DNA of 64,000 nt from Octopus sinensis (lineage: Eukaryota), in assembly GCF_006345805.1 (NCBI RefSeq), contig NC_042999.1:94426001-94490000 (forward strand). Reading direction: 5' to 3'. The notes beneath the pieces were generated by a model. That model was not told the DNA's origin. It did not search any database and saw nothing but the letters and a program-made list of their open reading frames with translations. Positions 1-11,414 of this stretch are shown piece after piece (position 1 is the first letter of the stretch; every line of letters starts with the position of its first letter). A program made the position numbers and the translations under genes.

Positions 1-831
1 TGATATGGAAATAATTGTACTACTTTGTTGCTATACTATTTCACCAGTTTATATACCTTAATGATAGCGCTCATACTTACATTTGCTCCTTTTAAAATTG
101 TCTGAATGTATTCTTTGAATCGGAATCTTATGTCAGTTTCTATAACCTTATAAGCCCTGAGTAGTAAGAGATCGGCACGTGACTAAATACAAGCAAATGC
201 TTTTTTCTTCACCTAAAACGTCAAGAGGCAATTCGAAGTTCTAAATTATCATCAAAATCCCATTAAAGAACCGTTTTGAAGTTAATTATGGTAATACTGG
301 GCATGATAATGAAGTAAGGGAGTTATGTCAGGGCCAAAGAATGTGATGCTGATGAATTTTATGCAAATGCTGCCGATGGTAATAATACTGCTGCTCCTTC
401 CATGGAAGACAAAAAATAAACTTGTTGATGATAATGAGGACGATGTTTATTATACGATGTTCAAGAAAATGTTGCATATCATAAAGAGGAAGAGCTATAC
501 ACAACATGGAACCTACAAGACACATGAACTGGTTGCGTGATATGTACCCATGGCAATTTTAAACCTAGCAACATTAACTGTCTTAACTAATGATGTAACT
601 GAGCTGATATACATGAAGGTTAACCAGAATTTAAAAATCTTCAAACACATATAAGCACTGATTAATTTAAGCTCATCTGTCCAAAGTAGTCTGGCAAGAA
701 TGTTAAAGGTATTATGGAAACGTAATGCCAGATTACAGTATGAGGATATATGCATATATATATATATATATACATGTGTACAAAACACGTACGCATATAT
801 CCAGATAAGGGAAAGAAAGCCATCTGCCAAA

Positions 832-2096
832 TACGAGGTATTACTCAAAAGTAACCGGAGACGTTCACTAGAACCCACTTGATGCAGGTCTCCCGACCAG
901 TGTCTTTCTTTTGAGGTCGTATTACCAAGTGTTGCGTCTGTGGCAGTGCTTCTCCGCTGTTTGTCGATTTTTACGATTGCTGAAAGAAAGGTACAATATG
1001 CTTCCGTTAAACTATGTATTCTGCTGAGGGAAAATGCTGCCGAAACAGCTTATAAGGCTGCTGCCATGAGCTACACACAAATTTACGGATGGTTTCCACG
1101 CTTCAAGAATGGTCATTTGTCGCTTGAAAACCAATCTCGTCAGGGCAACCATCGACCTCCCGAACGAACGAAAACATAATGAAACGTCATGAACTGATCT
1201 TGGAGAACCTTCGCCGAACAGTTGACGAACTTGTTGATATGACTGATGCATCTTGGAACTCCTACCAACGAAGTTTAGCGAAGAAGTCCAAATGAAAATA
1301 GTTGGGACAAAATTTTGCCTCATTTGGTCATGGAAGATCAAAAGCAGTCACGACCAAATGCGTGCCATGCAATGAAAGAACAGTTGGAATTTGATCCGAA
1401 CCTTTTTCGAACGTCATCACTGGTGAAGAAAGCTGGTGCTACGGCTAATACCGGAAATGAAGCAGCAGTCAAGTCAATGAAAGCCTTCAATGTCACCATG
1501 CCCACCCCCACCCCAACGAAAAAAAAAGTGCGCCAAGTGAAATTCAATGTCAAGACATGCTGATTTGTTTTATCAATGCGAAATTAATTGTCCATACAGA
1601 ATTTGTGTCTCCTGGTCAAACTAACAACCAGACATTTCACTTGGCAGTTTTGATGCGCTTGCGAGACGCGGCGTGACGAAAACTCCTTGATCAGTGGCAA
1701 ATTGGAGAGTGGTGGTTTCATCACGACAATGCGTCTGCGCACACGGTCTTCAAGGTCTGATAGCTTTTGACCAAAAATGGCCTAACCCCGCTTACCTACC
1801 CTTCTATTTCACCCGATTTTCGTCCCTGCAACTTGATTTGTAGCCCCGAATGAAAAAAGTTCATAAAAGTAAATGTTTTGCAGATGTGGACGAGATGAAG
1901 AAAAGCAATGACAGATGCATTAAAAGCCATTACTTTGCAAGAGTACCAAGACTGCTTCGAAAAGTGGAAAACGTTTCTGGGCCGAGGTAATGTTTTGAAC
2001 GGAGAATACTTTGTAGGCGATGAAAATGTAAACATGTAAATCATAGTGAATAAAATAATATTGCAATTTCCGATTTCTTTTCAATACCCCCTCGTA
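832..2096 (+). mobile_element. Decayed mariner (Tc1/mariner) DNA transposon, about 1.27 kb, transposase pseudogenised
   Basis: Imperfect TIRs TACGAGG...AAAAG.AA.CGGA at 832 and inverted at ~2070-2096. Broken-frame transposase motifs: WFPRFKNGHLSLENQSRQG (HTH), NVITGEESWCYG (~1410), WWFHHDNASAHT (~1710), PSISPDFRPCNL (PPYSPDLAP-like, ~1800), and a GEYF C-terminus (~2000). Confidence 0.85.
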
Positions 2097-2329
2097 TAGA
2101 TAATATGAAACTATACAGAAATGAGACTAGGTCAAGAGATCTGTATCGTCTTGTTTAAGGACTGAGAATATTTACCAAGAATTATTTACCAACACCAGAA
2201 TATATTATTTGACTAATTGGCGTGTAGGCTGGTGTTAATTTATATAGTTTTAATTAGAATATAAATGTTAAAAAATAAAATCATATAATATAGAGCATAT
2301 ATATCGCTAGATTGCTGATCGATGACAGA

Positions 2330-3300
2330 TAATGAAGCGTTCAAGTAACTAGGAGTACTAAAAGATAATAAAAGAAAGAGAAATTGGAAATCCTGCAAAA
2401 GTTACAAAAGAAGGATTAGCAAGGTATTAATTACAAAACTAAATTGTGCGTGTGTTAGCAAAGCACCCAATATTTGGGCTATGGCAATTTTGAAAGACGC
2501 TGCTCTTTTCCATAAGTGGACAAGTAAAAGCTACAAGAAAAACACACCACGAGGAAGTGGCTCAGATTGTATAAAGCCTACAATCGTATAATTAAAACCG
2601 ACCGTGTTGGCTTACTAAGAAGGGAAGGGGCCGGAGATATATTACATGCAGAAACGATACTGGGTTTATAAAATGAGGTTTTGCACAGAAAAGAAAGAAT
2701 ATTACATGTGGCCTGAAATGTCAAAGAATCAGCGAAATATTGGGTTAAATGAAGAACAAAAAAAACATAATAAATAGCTAGAAAGGGACGGAACGGCAGG
2801 CCAAATTCATATAATATGCAAAGGATGTGTATAGTATGAATTTTTATTCTTGAAAGTTATAGGCGGAAACCCGGAACTAGAAAATGGGTAGACATTAGAA
2901 TGTATTTGGCAACGACAAAGATTGTTAAATCAGGCAGAGTGCAAATGTCCGAATCTATGTAAAAGCAGACGCACACGAGTGCAATCAACTCGGGCAAATG
3001 CTTTTTTATGGGCATTTTTCACAGAAACTAATCATAGTATTGAAACGCGGTGACAACGTAAGGTCGAAGACAACAGACGACAGTTGGAAGATCATAGAAT
3101 TTGCGGTACCATATAATGGTGGAATGGATATCAATAAGTGGATGAAATACAGAAATATCTGGACCAAGCAATGGACATGAAAATGTTGTTAAACACATCG
3201 CTCAGAAAGTTGTAACTGCAGATGAACTTAAGTGCAAGACGCGAGAAGCACTCAACCTCAATATTGGGCTAACAAAATTGTCAGGTTCTTGGTTAATACC
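2330..3300 (+). mobile_element. Very old fragment of an RLE-type (R4-like) non-LTR retrotransposon
   Basis: ORF 2998-3180 contains WKIIEFAVPYNG...KWMKYRNI, resembling the IIDxAVPxD...EKxxKY endonuclease motif. Boundaries are uncertain. Confidence 0.4.
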
Positions 3301-3550
3301 GGAATTCGTCAATCAAGTGTAGTAAATCCTTGTTCACACCGAGTAAGAGTAAACAGACCAAGAAGACTTTTCATGCAAGTCTGAAAAAATGCTTCTCTAA
3401 TGTCTAAAACCGCAAACATTACGTAAATTTTCACTTCGAATTATAGCGTGAACTATCATTTCCAACACAGTTGGTGCAGGATTAATTGTAACGGATCATT
3501 AAAGATGTGTGAAATAATTTTCCTTCTCTTATTATTATTTCCATATATGC

Positions 3551-3608
<58 letters not shown>

Positions 3609-3615
3609 TATATAT

Positions 3616-3930
3616 CTATTAGCCACACAGGGCTGCACACATACGGGACAAATTACAAGGTAGAGCTTTTCTTTTTGGGGATAAAAAAAAACCTGGGTTG
3701 GTTAGGGATCGTAAATGGAAAGAAAGAGAAAAGCAAAAAGCAAATAAAAGCAAAAAAGGTGGGGAATAGAAATAAAAGGAAAAAATAAAAAAATCGATCA
3801 ATAGAGATCATTATCACAGAGATGTCAATATAAAGAATAAAGTGGAAGACAGGTGAGGTTTACCCGTGGAAAGAAAAGCCTACGAAAAAGACCACGGTAA
3901 CCTCTGTCAATGAAGTCACATGTTATATTT
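3616..3930 (-). mobile_element. Retroposon 3' fragment sharing its tail with SINE family C
   Basis: TATTAGCCACACAGGGCTGCACACATACGGGACAAA resembles the family C tail TATTACCCACAAGGGGCTAAACATAGAGGGGACAAA (11190, 27635). Long internal hairpin at 3848-3908. Confidence 0.4.
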
Positions 3931-4149
3931 TTTTTACAAATAAGCGACTTTCTGTATTAATTTTTACATATATGTACATATATATATATATATCTATTAG
4001 CCACACAGATAGATATATATATATATATATGTCGATCAAGACAAGAAACGATTGTAGTGGCGGTTTTTTTGACTATTTATTAAATTTTATGTATTGATTA
4101 AGTCTTTCCTTGTTTGTTTTGCAAAATAGTGGTTTTGTCTCAAATAATA

Positions 4150-4159
4150 TTTATATATA

Positions 4160-4251
<92 letters not shown>

Positions 4252-4258
4252 TATATAG

Positions 4259-4298
<40 letters not shown>

Positions 4299-4380
4299 AA
4301 TATATACGTATATATGTATAATATATATATATTTATATATAATTTATTTATTTATATATATAAATACGCACACACACACA
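4150..4380. repeat. (TA)n microsatellite
   Basis: Directly visible TA run with interruptions. Confidence 0.95.
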
Positions 4381-6205
4381 TATACTGAATGTGGGTGGAG
4401 CAATTTAAAACCAAAAAGAAATAATTCACCGTCACGGAAAGTGACTAAGTTTGCCAAGGAGTACATTGCTAGAAATAGGTGTCAAAGACTTCTTAGCTTC
4501 AAAGTGTACAAACAATAACTCTCCACTATAAGCGAGATGCATTAGATGTTACTTTCATATAGGAAACTGATACTCATCGGTCATGCTTATTCCATTACCA
4601 CCCGTGATGGAGTAAGTATACTAACGAGTATTAATTTCTTATACGAAATTAACATATTAATCTAATGCATCTCGTTTATGTTGGAGAGTTGTCTCCCCTG
4701 ACAGCTCAAATAGAACATGTGGCCTTCTGTGACTAAGTTTTCTTTGACTCCTGTTTCTAACAATGCTTGTGCCCTTTTGCACCCTTGGTCACTTTTAGTG
4801 ACGGTGAATTATGTGTGTGTACGTTCGTGGGAGTATGTGTATGAGTGTGTGAGTGTGTGTCTGTATGCGTGTGCGTGTCTGTGTGTGTGTGTACATATTA
4901 ATGCATTTAGATATGTCATGTACATTATAGCAAGTACTCTACATAGGAACGTGTTACCTTCCCTTAGTTTAAGAAAGACAATTTTGCACCAATTTCATGC
5001 ATAGCGTCTAAGAGTTAAGTGTTAAGAGCATAAGAGCTAAGGACAGTTTCTTCAGTTGTATGAAACGTCAAAATATTTGATATTTGCTTTTCTAGAGGCA
5101 TGTATGTATGTATGTATGTGTGAATGTTTTATAGAGAGCCTTATAATCATATTTTTATCGCTCGTAAACTCTTCTATATCATCAAATAGACAGAATGCAC
5201 AGAAATATTCAAGTAGCAGTGGTATACACGAAAACAATTTTCAGAGTATTATTAAAACTTGTTAATCGCATACCCTGTGTTCATAGTTATCAATATTCAA
5301 AGTATTTTACTGTTCAATCAATTCTTGATGGAACTTACTTATTCTTCCCCCTAATAGTAAGCTAATTTAGAGGTATTGATAGTATGAAATATTTAAATAC
5401 CAGTTGGTATCACAGTTTTTAAAAATATTTTATTACTTCTATTCTTCACCTGTGTGTGTAAAAACATGACCAGATATTTTCTATTATAAGAGTAAAGTTT
5501 CACTACCTGAACTATCAAAAGACAGAAAAACGAATAATGGTTTATTTGTATTTAAATACGGTTTCCAAGGTAATAGTGGAACTTAAGTAAGTATACGAAA
5601 ACAAGTTGTCCTTTTGAATTAAGACATAAAAGCTACGCTGCAGGCGATTTCACTTAGAAGAAGAAATTAAATTTAACAAAAACGTACATACAGTACGAAT
5701 AAATAAGAACAAATTTCACTGTTCAAATATTTTGCTATATCGTTATTCTGTAAAATTTTGGAATCTATCAATCTTTAGTAGCAGCGCAGATTACAACGTT
5801 CTAGATAACTGATTACAGTTGTATCCAAGAAAGATATTAGAGTTTGTGCGTCTCGATGGTATACCATCGGAATATTTATATACTTTTCAAAGATTACTAC
5901 TTTAATGAACAAGATTTGGGAATATTCAAAGGAAATCGTATTCACTGTTTAAGTGAATTCATATACGCTTCAAATAATCAACAAGGAGTTTAACCAGACT
6001 ATATTCTAAAATACTCTTTACCAATCATACTTCTGTATTTAAATGTTTATTGTAAATTAGCTACGAATGCTTGTTCAAAGTTATTCTTTAAACCGGATAC
6101 TAGTATGCTCTGTTAGAAATAAAACCCTAAACATACCTGAGTTGACAAGGTAAAGTGCTGTTAACAGTCATATTCATCAACAGACGCAGCTGGAAGAAAC
6201 ATAGG

Positions 6206-6589
6206 ATGGAAGCACTCCGTTGGTTACGACGACGAGGGTTCCGGTTGATCCGAATCAACGGAACAGCCTGCTCGTGAAATTAACGTGTAAGTGGCTGAGC
6301 ACTCCACAGACACGTGTACCCTTAACGTAGTTCTCGGATATATTCAGCGTGACACAGAGAGTGACAAGACCGGCCCTTTGAAATACAGGTACAACAGAAA
6401 CAGGAAGTAAGAGTGAGAGAAAGTTGTGGTGAAAGAGTACAGCAGGGATCACCACCATCCCTTGCCGGAGCCTCGTGGAGCTTTAGGTGTTTTCGCTCAA
6501 TAAACACTCACAACGCCCGGTCTGGGAATCGAAACCGCGATCCTACGACCGCGAGTCCGCTGTCCTAACCACTGGGCCATTGCGCCTCT
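6206..6589 (-). mobile_element. tRNA-derived SINE, family A, full length
   Basis: Minus strand starts AGAGGCGCAATGGCCCAGTGG (A box) ... GGTTTCGATTCC (B box), followed by a ~300-nt body and a LINE-like 3' tail. Confidence 0.85.
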
Positions 6590-7989
6590 TTTAGGAGGAA
6601 ACATCGATAGTTTGTGTTACAGGTGACTGCGGATCAATAAAGAAAATATGAAATCAATAAACTGTGAAATTTATGGATAAAATATCATAGGACGAAACGA
6701 GAGCTATACTTCATTACTCTCAGCGGTGTTATGTGAGTTGGAGTCGGTTACTTCAGAAGGAGAGAAATGATTGTATTATACATTTACATACCATAGCATT
6801 TTGAGATGTTTGTCGTGTACTTCTCTTTATAAAATTTCCCAGTAGCGAGAATTGTTCCCTGTATTGCATAATTTTACTTCAGAGTTCTTAACTAATCTGG
6901 CCATTTCTTACATACAGCATAGACTCGACATATTCTTCATTTTCCATTCTTGAACCATAATACAGAATTTATAAAATGTTTCTATAAAAAAACTTACACG
7001 TATTTTTGTAAAAATATCATAACAGAAGGAAAATGCACAGAAATGATACTTAGGAAATAATATGTTTATAAACGAAAATATTTTCATAATCAGCCGGTTT
7101 CGAGTCACCTTTGTTTCATTTGCTGCTGTTAATGGTGATTTGTTGATTGTTGAGTACAGTGTCTCTTTTGTTGATTTCGTTGTTCCTTCCAGTTTTGGTG
7201 ATTTTTCAATCGTTGTTCCTCTAGAACCTGAATGTGATTGTGCATAATTTTATGGGCGCAATCTGACGTTAGAGCTGCTCTTGATACCTCTACTGTTGTA
7301 GAGGGGATTTGTGTCACCGCATAAGTGGCATATCACCATTCTGTTCTCAACAACCACATAGAGTTGTGAGCTCTTTGGCAGTTTAAGTGGGCCTGAAATA
7401 GATTCCATAATTCGGTTGCCCGTTTGAGTTAGAAACTCCATCCATTGTATCTGCAGCATTTGGAAGGGCAGAATTTAAATTTTCTACTATATATAGAAGA
7501 TGGCAGCCTCCACAAACAAGTAGACATTTATATCCGTGAATAACACCTGTTTTCATAATCTGAACACCCTACAGCCGAGATAGGTTTCTATATCGCATAC
7601 TACATTTTCTTAGTCTCGTCTGTAGTAAATCATTGTACCGTATCATAGTTTCCTTACGTTATCCTTTTTCCTGTTTCAGATATTTTCTTTTTTAATGATG
7701 TTTCGCCTGTTCTATTTTACTTCCTTTAATCCTAAAAGATTTATGCAGTACTAGCAGAGACACCCGGTGTTGCTCAGATTGAAAAGGCATAGTTTATATT
7801 GTTTTGATTGTTCTGGACACGTGAATGCGGCTATGCCGGTACAGCCTGTACTAGAAGAATTCTACCAAAGGAGTTATTTTTTGTAACCCTAGTACTTCAA
7901 TCAGTTTGTTTTGCCAAACAAGTAACTTAGGGGGACCCAAACCAAGCAACGACGGTTGTTAAGCGATGGTGGGGGTACGAACACAGACA

Positions 7990-8046
7990 TATACACACAC
8001 GCATATATATATATATATATATGTATACCTACATATATATTTATAC

Positions 8047-8093
<47 letters not shown>

Positions 8094-8110
8094 ATATAAT
8101 ATATATATAT

Positions 8111-8141
<31 letters not shown>

Positions 8142-8327
8142 AACACTTATATATAATATATATATAAAAAAGCATATATATATATATATATATAATATAT
8201 ATATATAGACATATATACACAGAAATTATATATATATATATTATATATATATATATATACACATATATGTATATATATATATGCATATATATGTATTTTC
8301 ACATATATATATTCATATATACATGCA

Positions 8328-8412
<85 letters not shown>

Positions 8413-8577
8413 CATACATATATGTATATATATGCATATATATGTATATGTACATATATATAACCATATATACATGCATATATATATGTATAAATATATA
8501 CACATAAAGATAAATATATATGTATATATATATAAATCTATATAAATATACATCTATACATATACATTTATATATAC
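7990..8577. repeat. Long degenerate (TA)n/(CA)n microsatellite tract
   Basis: About 590 bp of TA-rich simple repeat. Confidence 0.95.
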
Positions 8578-8578
8578 A

Positions 8579-8874
8579 CTAGCAGTATCGCCCGGTGTTT
8601 CTCGGGGTTTTAAGGGAAATAACTATATAAGTATTTTAGAGAGTTACTTCCCTTATATAATAGCGAATAAAATGCATTAAAATGGAAGAAATGATGGTAA
8701 ATTTTTTTTTAATCGTAGACTCATCGTAGACGCGCGCTAATAGCCAGAAGGGATCGATATGAATCACGACTATAAGATACCCTGTTTTGGTTAAACTGCA
8801 CCGCAAAATGTGGGAGTAGTTAGGAATCTAAATCGTAGGAGACAGACACACAACTTGTCTTTTATATATAAAGA
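8579..8874 (-). mobile_element. Non-autonomous Helitron, family D
   Basis: Minus strand: A|TC 5' end, 3' hairpin CCCG-AGAAACAC-CGGG, terminal CTAG|T. Homologous to 31624-32005. A further 3'-end fragment lies at 7751-7790. Confidence 0.8.
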
Positions 8875-9104
8875 TTTTCTTAAAAATATGAAAGTCAAGA
8901 AACGTTATTTGCGTTAAAAATGTCATTCGTTACAAAGTAAGCAAATACGTTATATTTTCGCTCAACACGTCACTCGTTACGAAATATGGTAGCAAGGACG
9001 CTGTATTTTCTGGTCAACACACACAAACACACACACACACATCATTCGTTATCAAATACTTTACATATGTGTCAAGTTGTGGTTTGTTATTCATTATTTA
9101 AACA

Positions 9105-9385
9105 GTAGCTGAACTCGTGCCGTCAAAAATGACGCCGAGTTGCGTCCCCTAGACAGTCTGTGGTTTGTGTTTCTGATTCTCGACCCCATGTCGAATTTAT
9201 CAATTTTTTTCAGAACTGGGGGAACTTTTCAAAATTTTCGCTGCGTTAGTTTTGAATTATGACATTGGGCTATGTGTGTGTCAAGTTTCATCAGAATCGG
9301 TTGAAAGCCGTGGTCAGAGTGAGGGTACAATTAAACAGACACACAGAAACACACACAGACAAACTGCCGTTTATATAGAGAGAGA
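9105..9385 (-). mobile_element. Non-autonomous Helitron (Lep1/HINE-like), second family
   Basis: Minus strand: A|TC start, (TGTC/TG)n tract, AACCGATTCTGATGAAAC core, subterminal hairpin AACTCG..CGTCA-TTTT-TGACG..CGAGTT, and a CTAC end (CTAG with one change). Confidence 0.6.
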
Positions 9386-9457
9386 TATATATGCATATCT
9401 ATGTACATATATATATATAAACATATATCTTTATACATTTAATATACACATATATAT

Positions 9458-9865
9458 AGGAGTGGCTGTGCGGTAATTAGCTTCCTAACCAACCACATGG
9501 TTCCGGGTTCCGGGTTCACTCCCATTGCGTGGCATCTTGGGCAAGTGTCTTCTGCTATAGCCTCGGGCCGACCAATGCCTTGTGAGTGGATTTGGTAGAC
9601 GGAAACTGAAAGAAGCCAGTCGTATATATGTGTATATATATATGTATGTGTGTGTTTGTGTGTCTGTGTTTGTCTCCCTAGCATTGCTTGACAACCGATG
9701 CTGGTGTGTTTACGTCCCCGTCACTTAGCGGTTCGGCAAAAGAGACATATAGAATAAGTACTGGGCTTACAAAGAATAAGCCCCGCGGTTGATTTGCTCG
9801 ACTAAAGTCGGTGCTCCAGCATGGCCGCAGTCAAATGATTGAAACAAGTAAAAGAGTATAGAGTA
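9458..9865 (+). mobile_element. tRNA-derived SINE, family B, with internal (TA)/(TG) microsatellite
   Basis: A-box-like TGGCTGTGCGG, B-box-like GGTTCACTCCC, body homologous to copies at 19810, 25641 and 41191, and an AAAAGAG-type tail. Confidence 0.85.
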
Positions 9866-9957
9866 TAGGGATATATATATACATATATATATATATAATA
9901 TATGCATGTGTATATGTATACACACACACACACTTATATATATATATATTATGTACG

Positions 9958-10000
<43 letters not shown>

Positions 10001-10009
10001 AAGATAATA

Positions 10010-10432
10010 CGTTTAAATACCTGTTGGTCAAGATTTTTTATGTGAAGTCGTGTGTTGAAACAGATATTGTTGTATTTAGGAATGGTCATTCTGCCAGTTT
10101 AGCCAATAAAAACACACGCACTATATATTTGGTGTTACTTTGCTTCAGTGTTATTTATTTTTTACATTAATCTTAATCTTATTTCGGCCAGAGTTCTTAC
10201 ATATTTGTGTCTCTCCTTACTAACGGTTAGTAAGGAGAGACACAAATAGGTAAGAAGAAAACGAAGGACCACTGATGCGGTCACAGGAGTGTGACGAAAG
10301 AACTCTGGCCGAAATAAGATTAAGATTAATGTAAAAAATAAATAACACTGAAGCAAAGTAACACCAAATATATAGTGCGTGTGTTTTTATTGGCTAAACT
10401 GGCAAAATGACCATTCCTAAATACAACAATAT
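10010..10432. mobile_element. Fold-back element with hammerhead-like motif, probable PLE pLTR derivative
   Basis: Palindrome centred at 10225 (arms 10064-10224 and 10226-10432). The right arm has 46 extra nt carrying an HHR-like core. A 15-bp direct repeat ATATGGAAGATAATA at 9995-10009 and 10429-10443 looks like a TSD. Confidence 0.7.
10266..10310 (+). ncRNA. Degenerate type I hammerhead-like motif
   Basis: GGACCA-CTGATGC-G-GTCAC(aggagt)GTGAC-GAAA-GAAC-TC-TGGCC. A9 is replaced by C, so it is probably inactive. Confidence 0.5.
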
Positions 10433-10529
10433 GGAAGATAATAGTTTCTGTATTAATTGTTTTACTATGTATATATTATATACCTAGTGGACGTATTACT
10501 TGTGAAACTATTAAAACTGATAATATTAT

Positions 10530-10749
10530 CTCACATTACAATTGACACGTAAAACTGAAATAATGTAGGAGATAAAATATTGTTCCGAGCTTGTGCTAGG
10601 GAAGAAGTTGAAATCTTTTTTTGGTCCATAACACTACATGAACCCTAAGTAAGGCATGTGTTATATTTGCATGAAATCGGTTTGGTAATTCTAGAGTTTT
10701 TGTGATGCTCACATACAGACTGACATTTTCAGTTTTATATATATATAGA
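10530..10749 (-). mobile_element. Helitron-like 5' fragment
   Basis: Minus strand starts TCTATATATATATAAAACTG...GTCTGTATGTG...AACCGATTTCATGCAAAT, like the other Helitron heads. No 3' end found. Confidence 0.4.
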
Positions 10750-11184
10750 CAGTTTTCAATTTAGTGTCCTATCGAGTGGCTAAGGGACTTTCATCGATAT
10801 TGATGTTTAGTATTTTATTCATATGTATATAATACTTTTGCGTACTTGCGTACAATGTCTGACAGATCGCACAATGTGTCCCATCATTTTACGGAGTGTA
10901 GAATTCGGCTTGTAGTATTACCAGTGGTAATTCTATCAATAATCATTTCAAAGTTTACCGGAGGGGGTGCAGTAATGCTAAAACGAGTAGTTACTCAAAT
11001 ACATCAATTGGTATGTATCTCATCTATCGTCGATAGGCAAAAGGCAAAAGCGATCTCAGTGGAATAAAGAGTCGGGAGAAATGCCTGTAGACATTTTATC
11101 CAACGCTCTAAAATTCTGTTAGGTAACCGTCATATTACTAATTTAAAAAATAGTATCCGCCGATCTACCTTCAATGTATATCCG

Positions 11185-11414
11185 TTTCTTTATTACCCAC
11201 AAGGGGCTAAACATAGAGGGGACAAAAAAGGAGGGACAAACGGATTAAGTCGATTACATCGACCCCAGTGCGTAACTGGTACTTAATTTATCGACCCCGA
11301 AAGGATGAAAGGCAAAGTGGACCTGGGCGGAATTTGAACTCAGAACGTAACGCCAGACGAAATACGGCTACGTATTTCGCCCGGCGTGCTAACGATTCTG
11401 CCAGAATGCCGCCT
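11185..11414 (-). mobile_element. tRNA-derived SINE, family C
   Basis: Minus strand: GGCGGC..TGGCAGAATCG (A box), GAGTTCAAATTCC (B box), CTTTCATCCTTTCGGGGTCGATAAA core. Homologous to 27631 and 30485. Confidence 0.85.

Noticed and set aside
290-700. Short ORFs and GAT/GCT-rich sequence near the window start
   Set aside because: No recognisable motif; could be decayed coding or TE sequence but cannot be assigned.
7090-7460. Relatively GC-balanced stretch with overlapping short ORFs, a possible host exon on minus
   Set aside because: Stops occur in all three minus frames, no recognisable domain, and no convincing splice-site pair.
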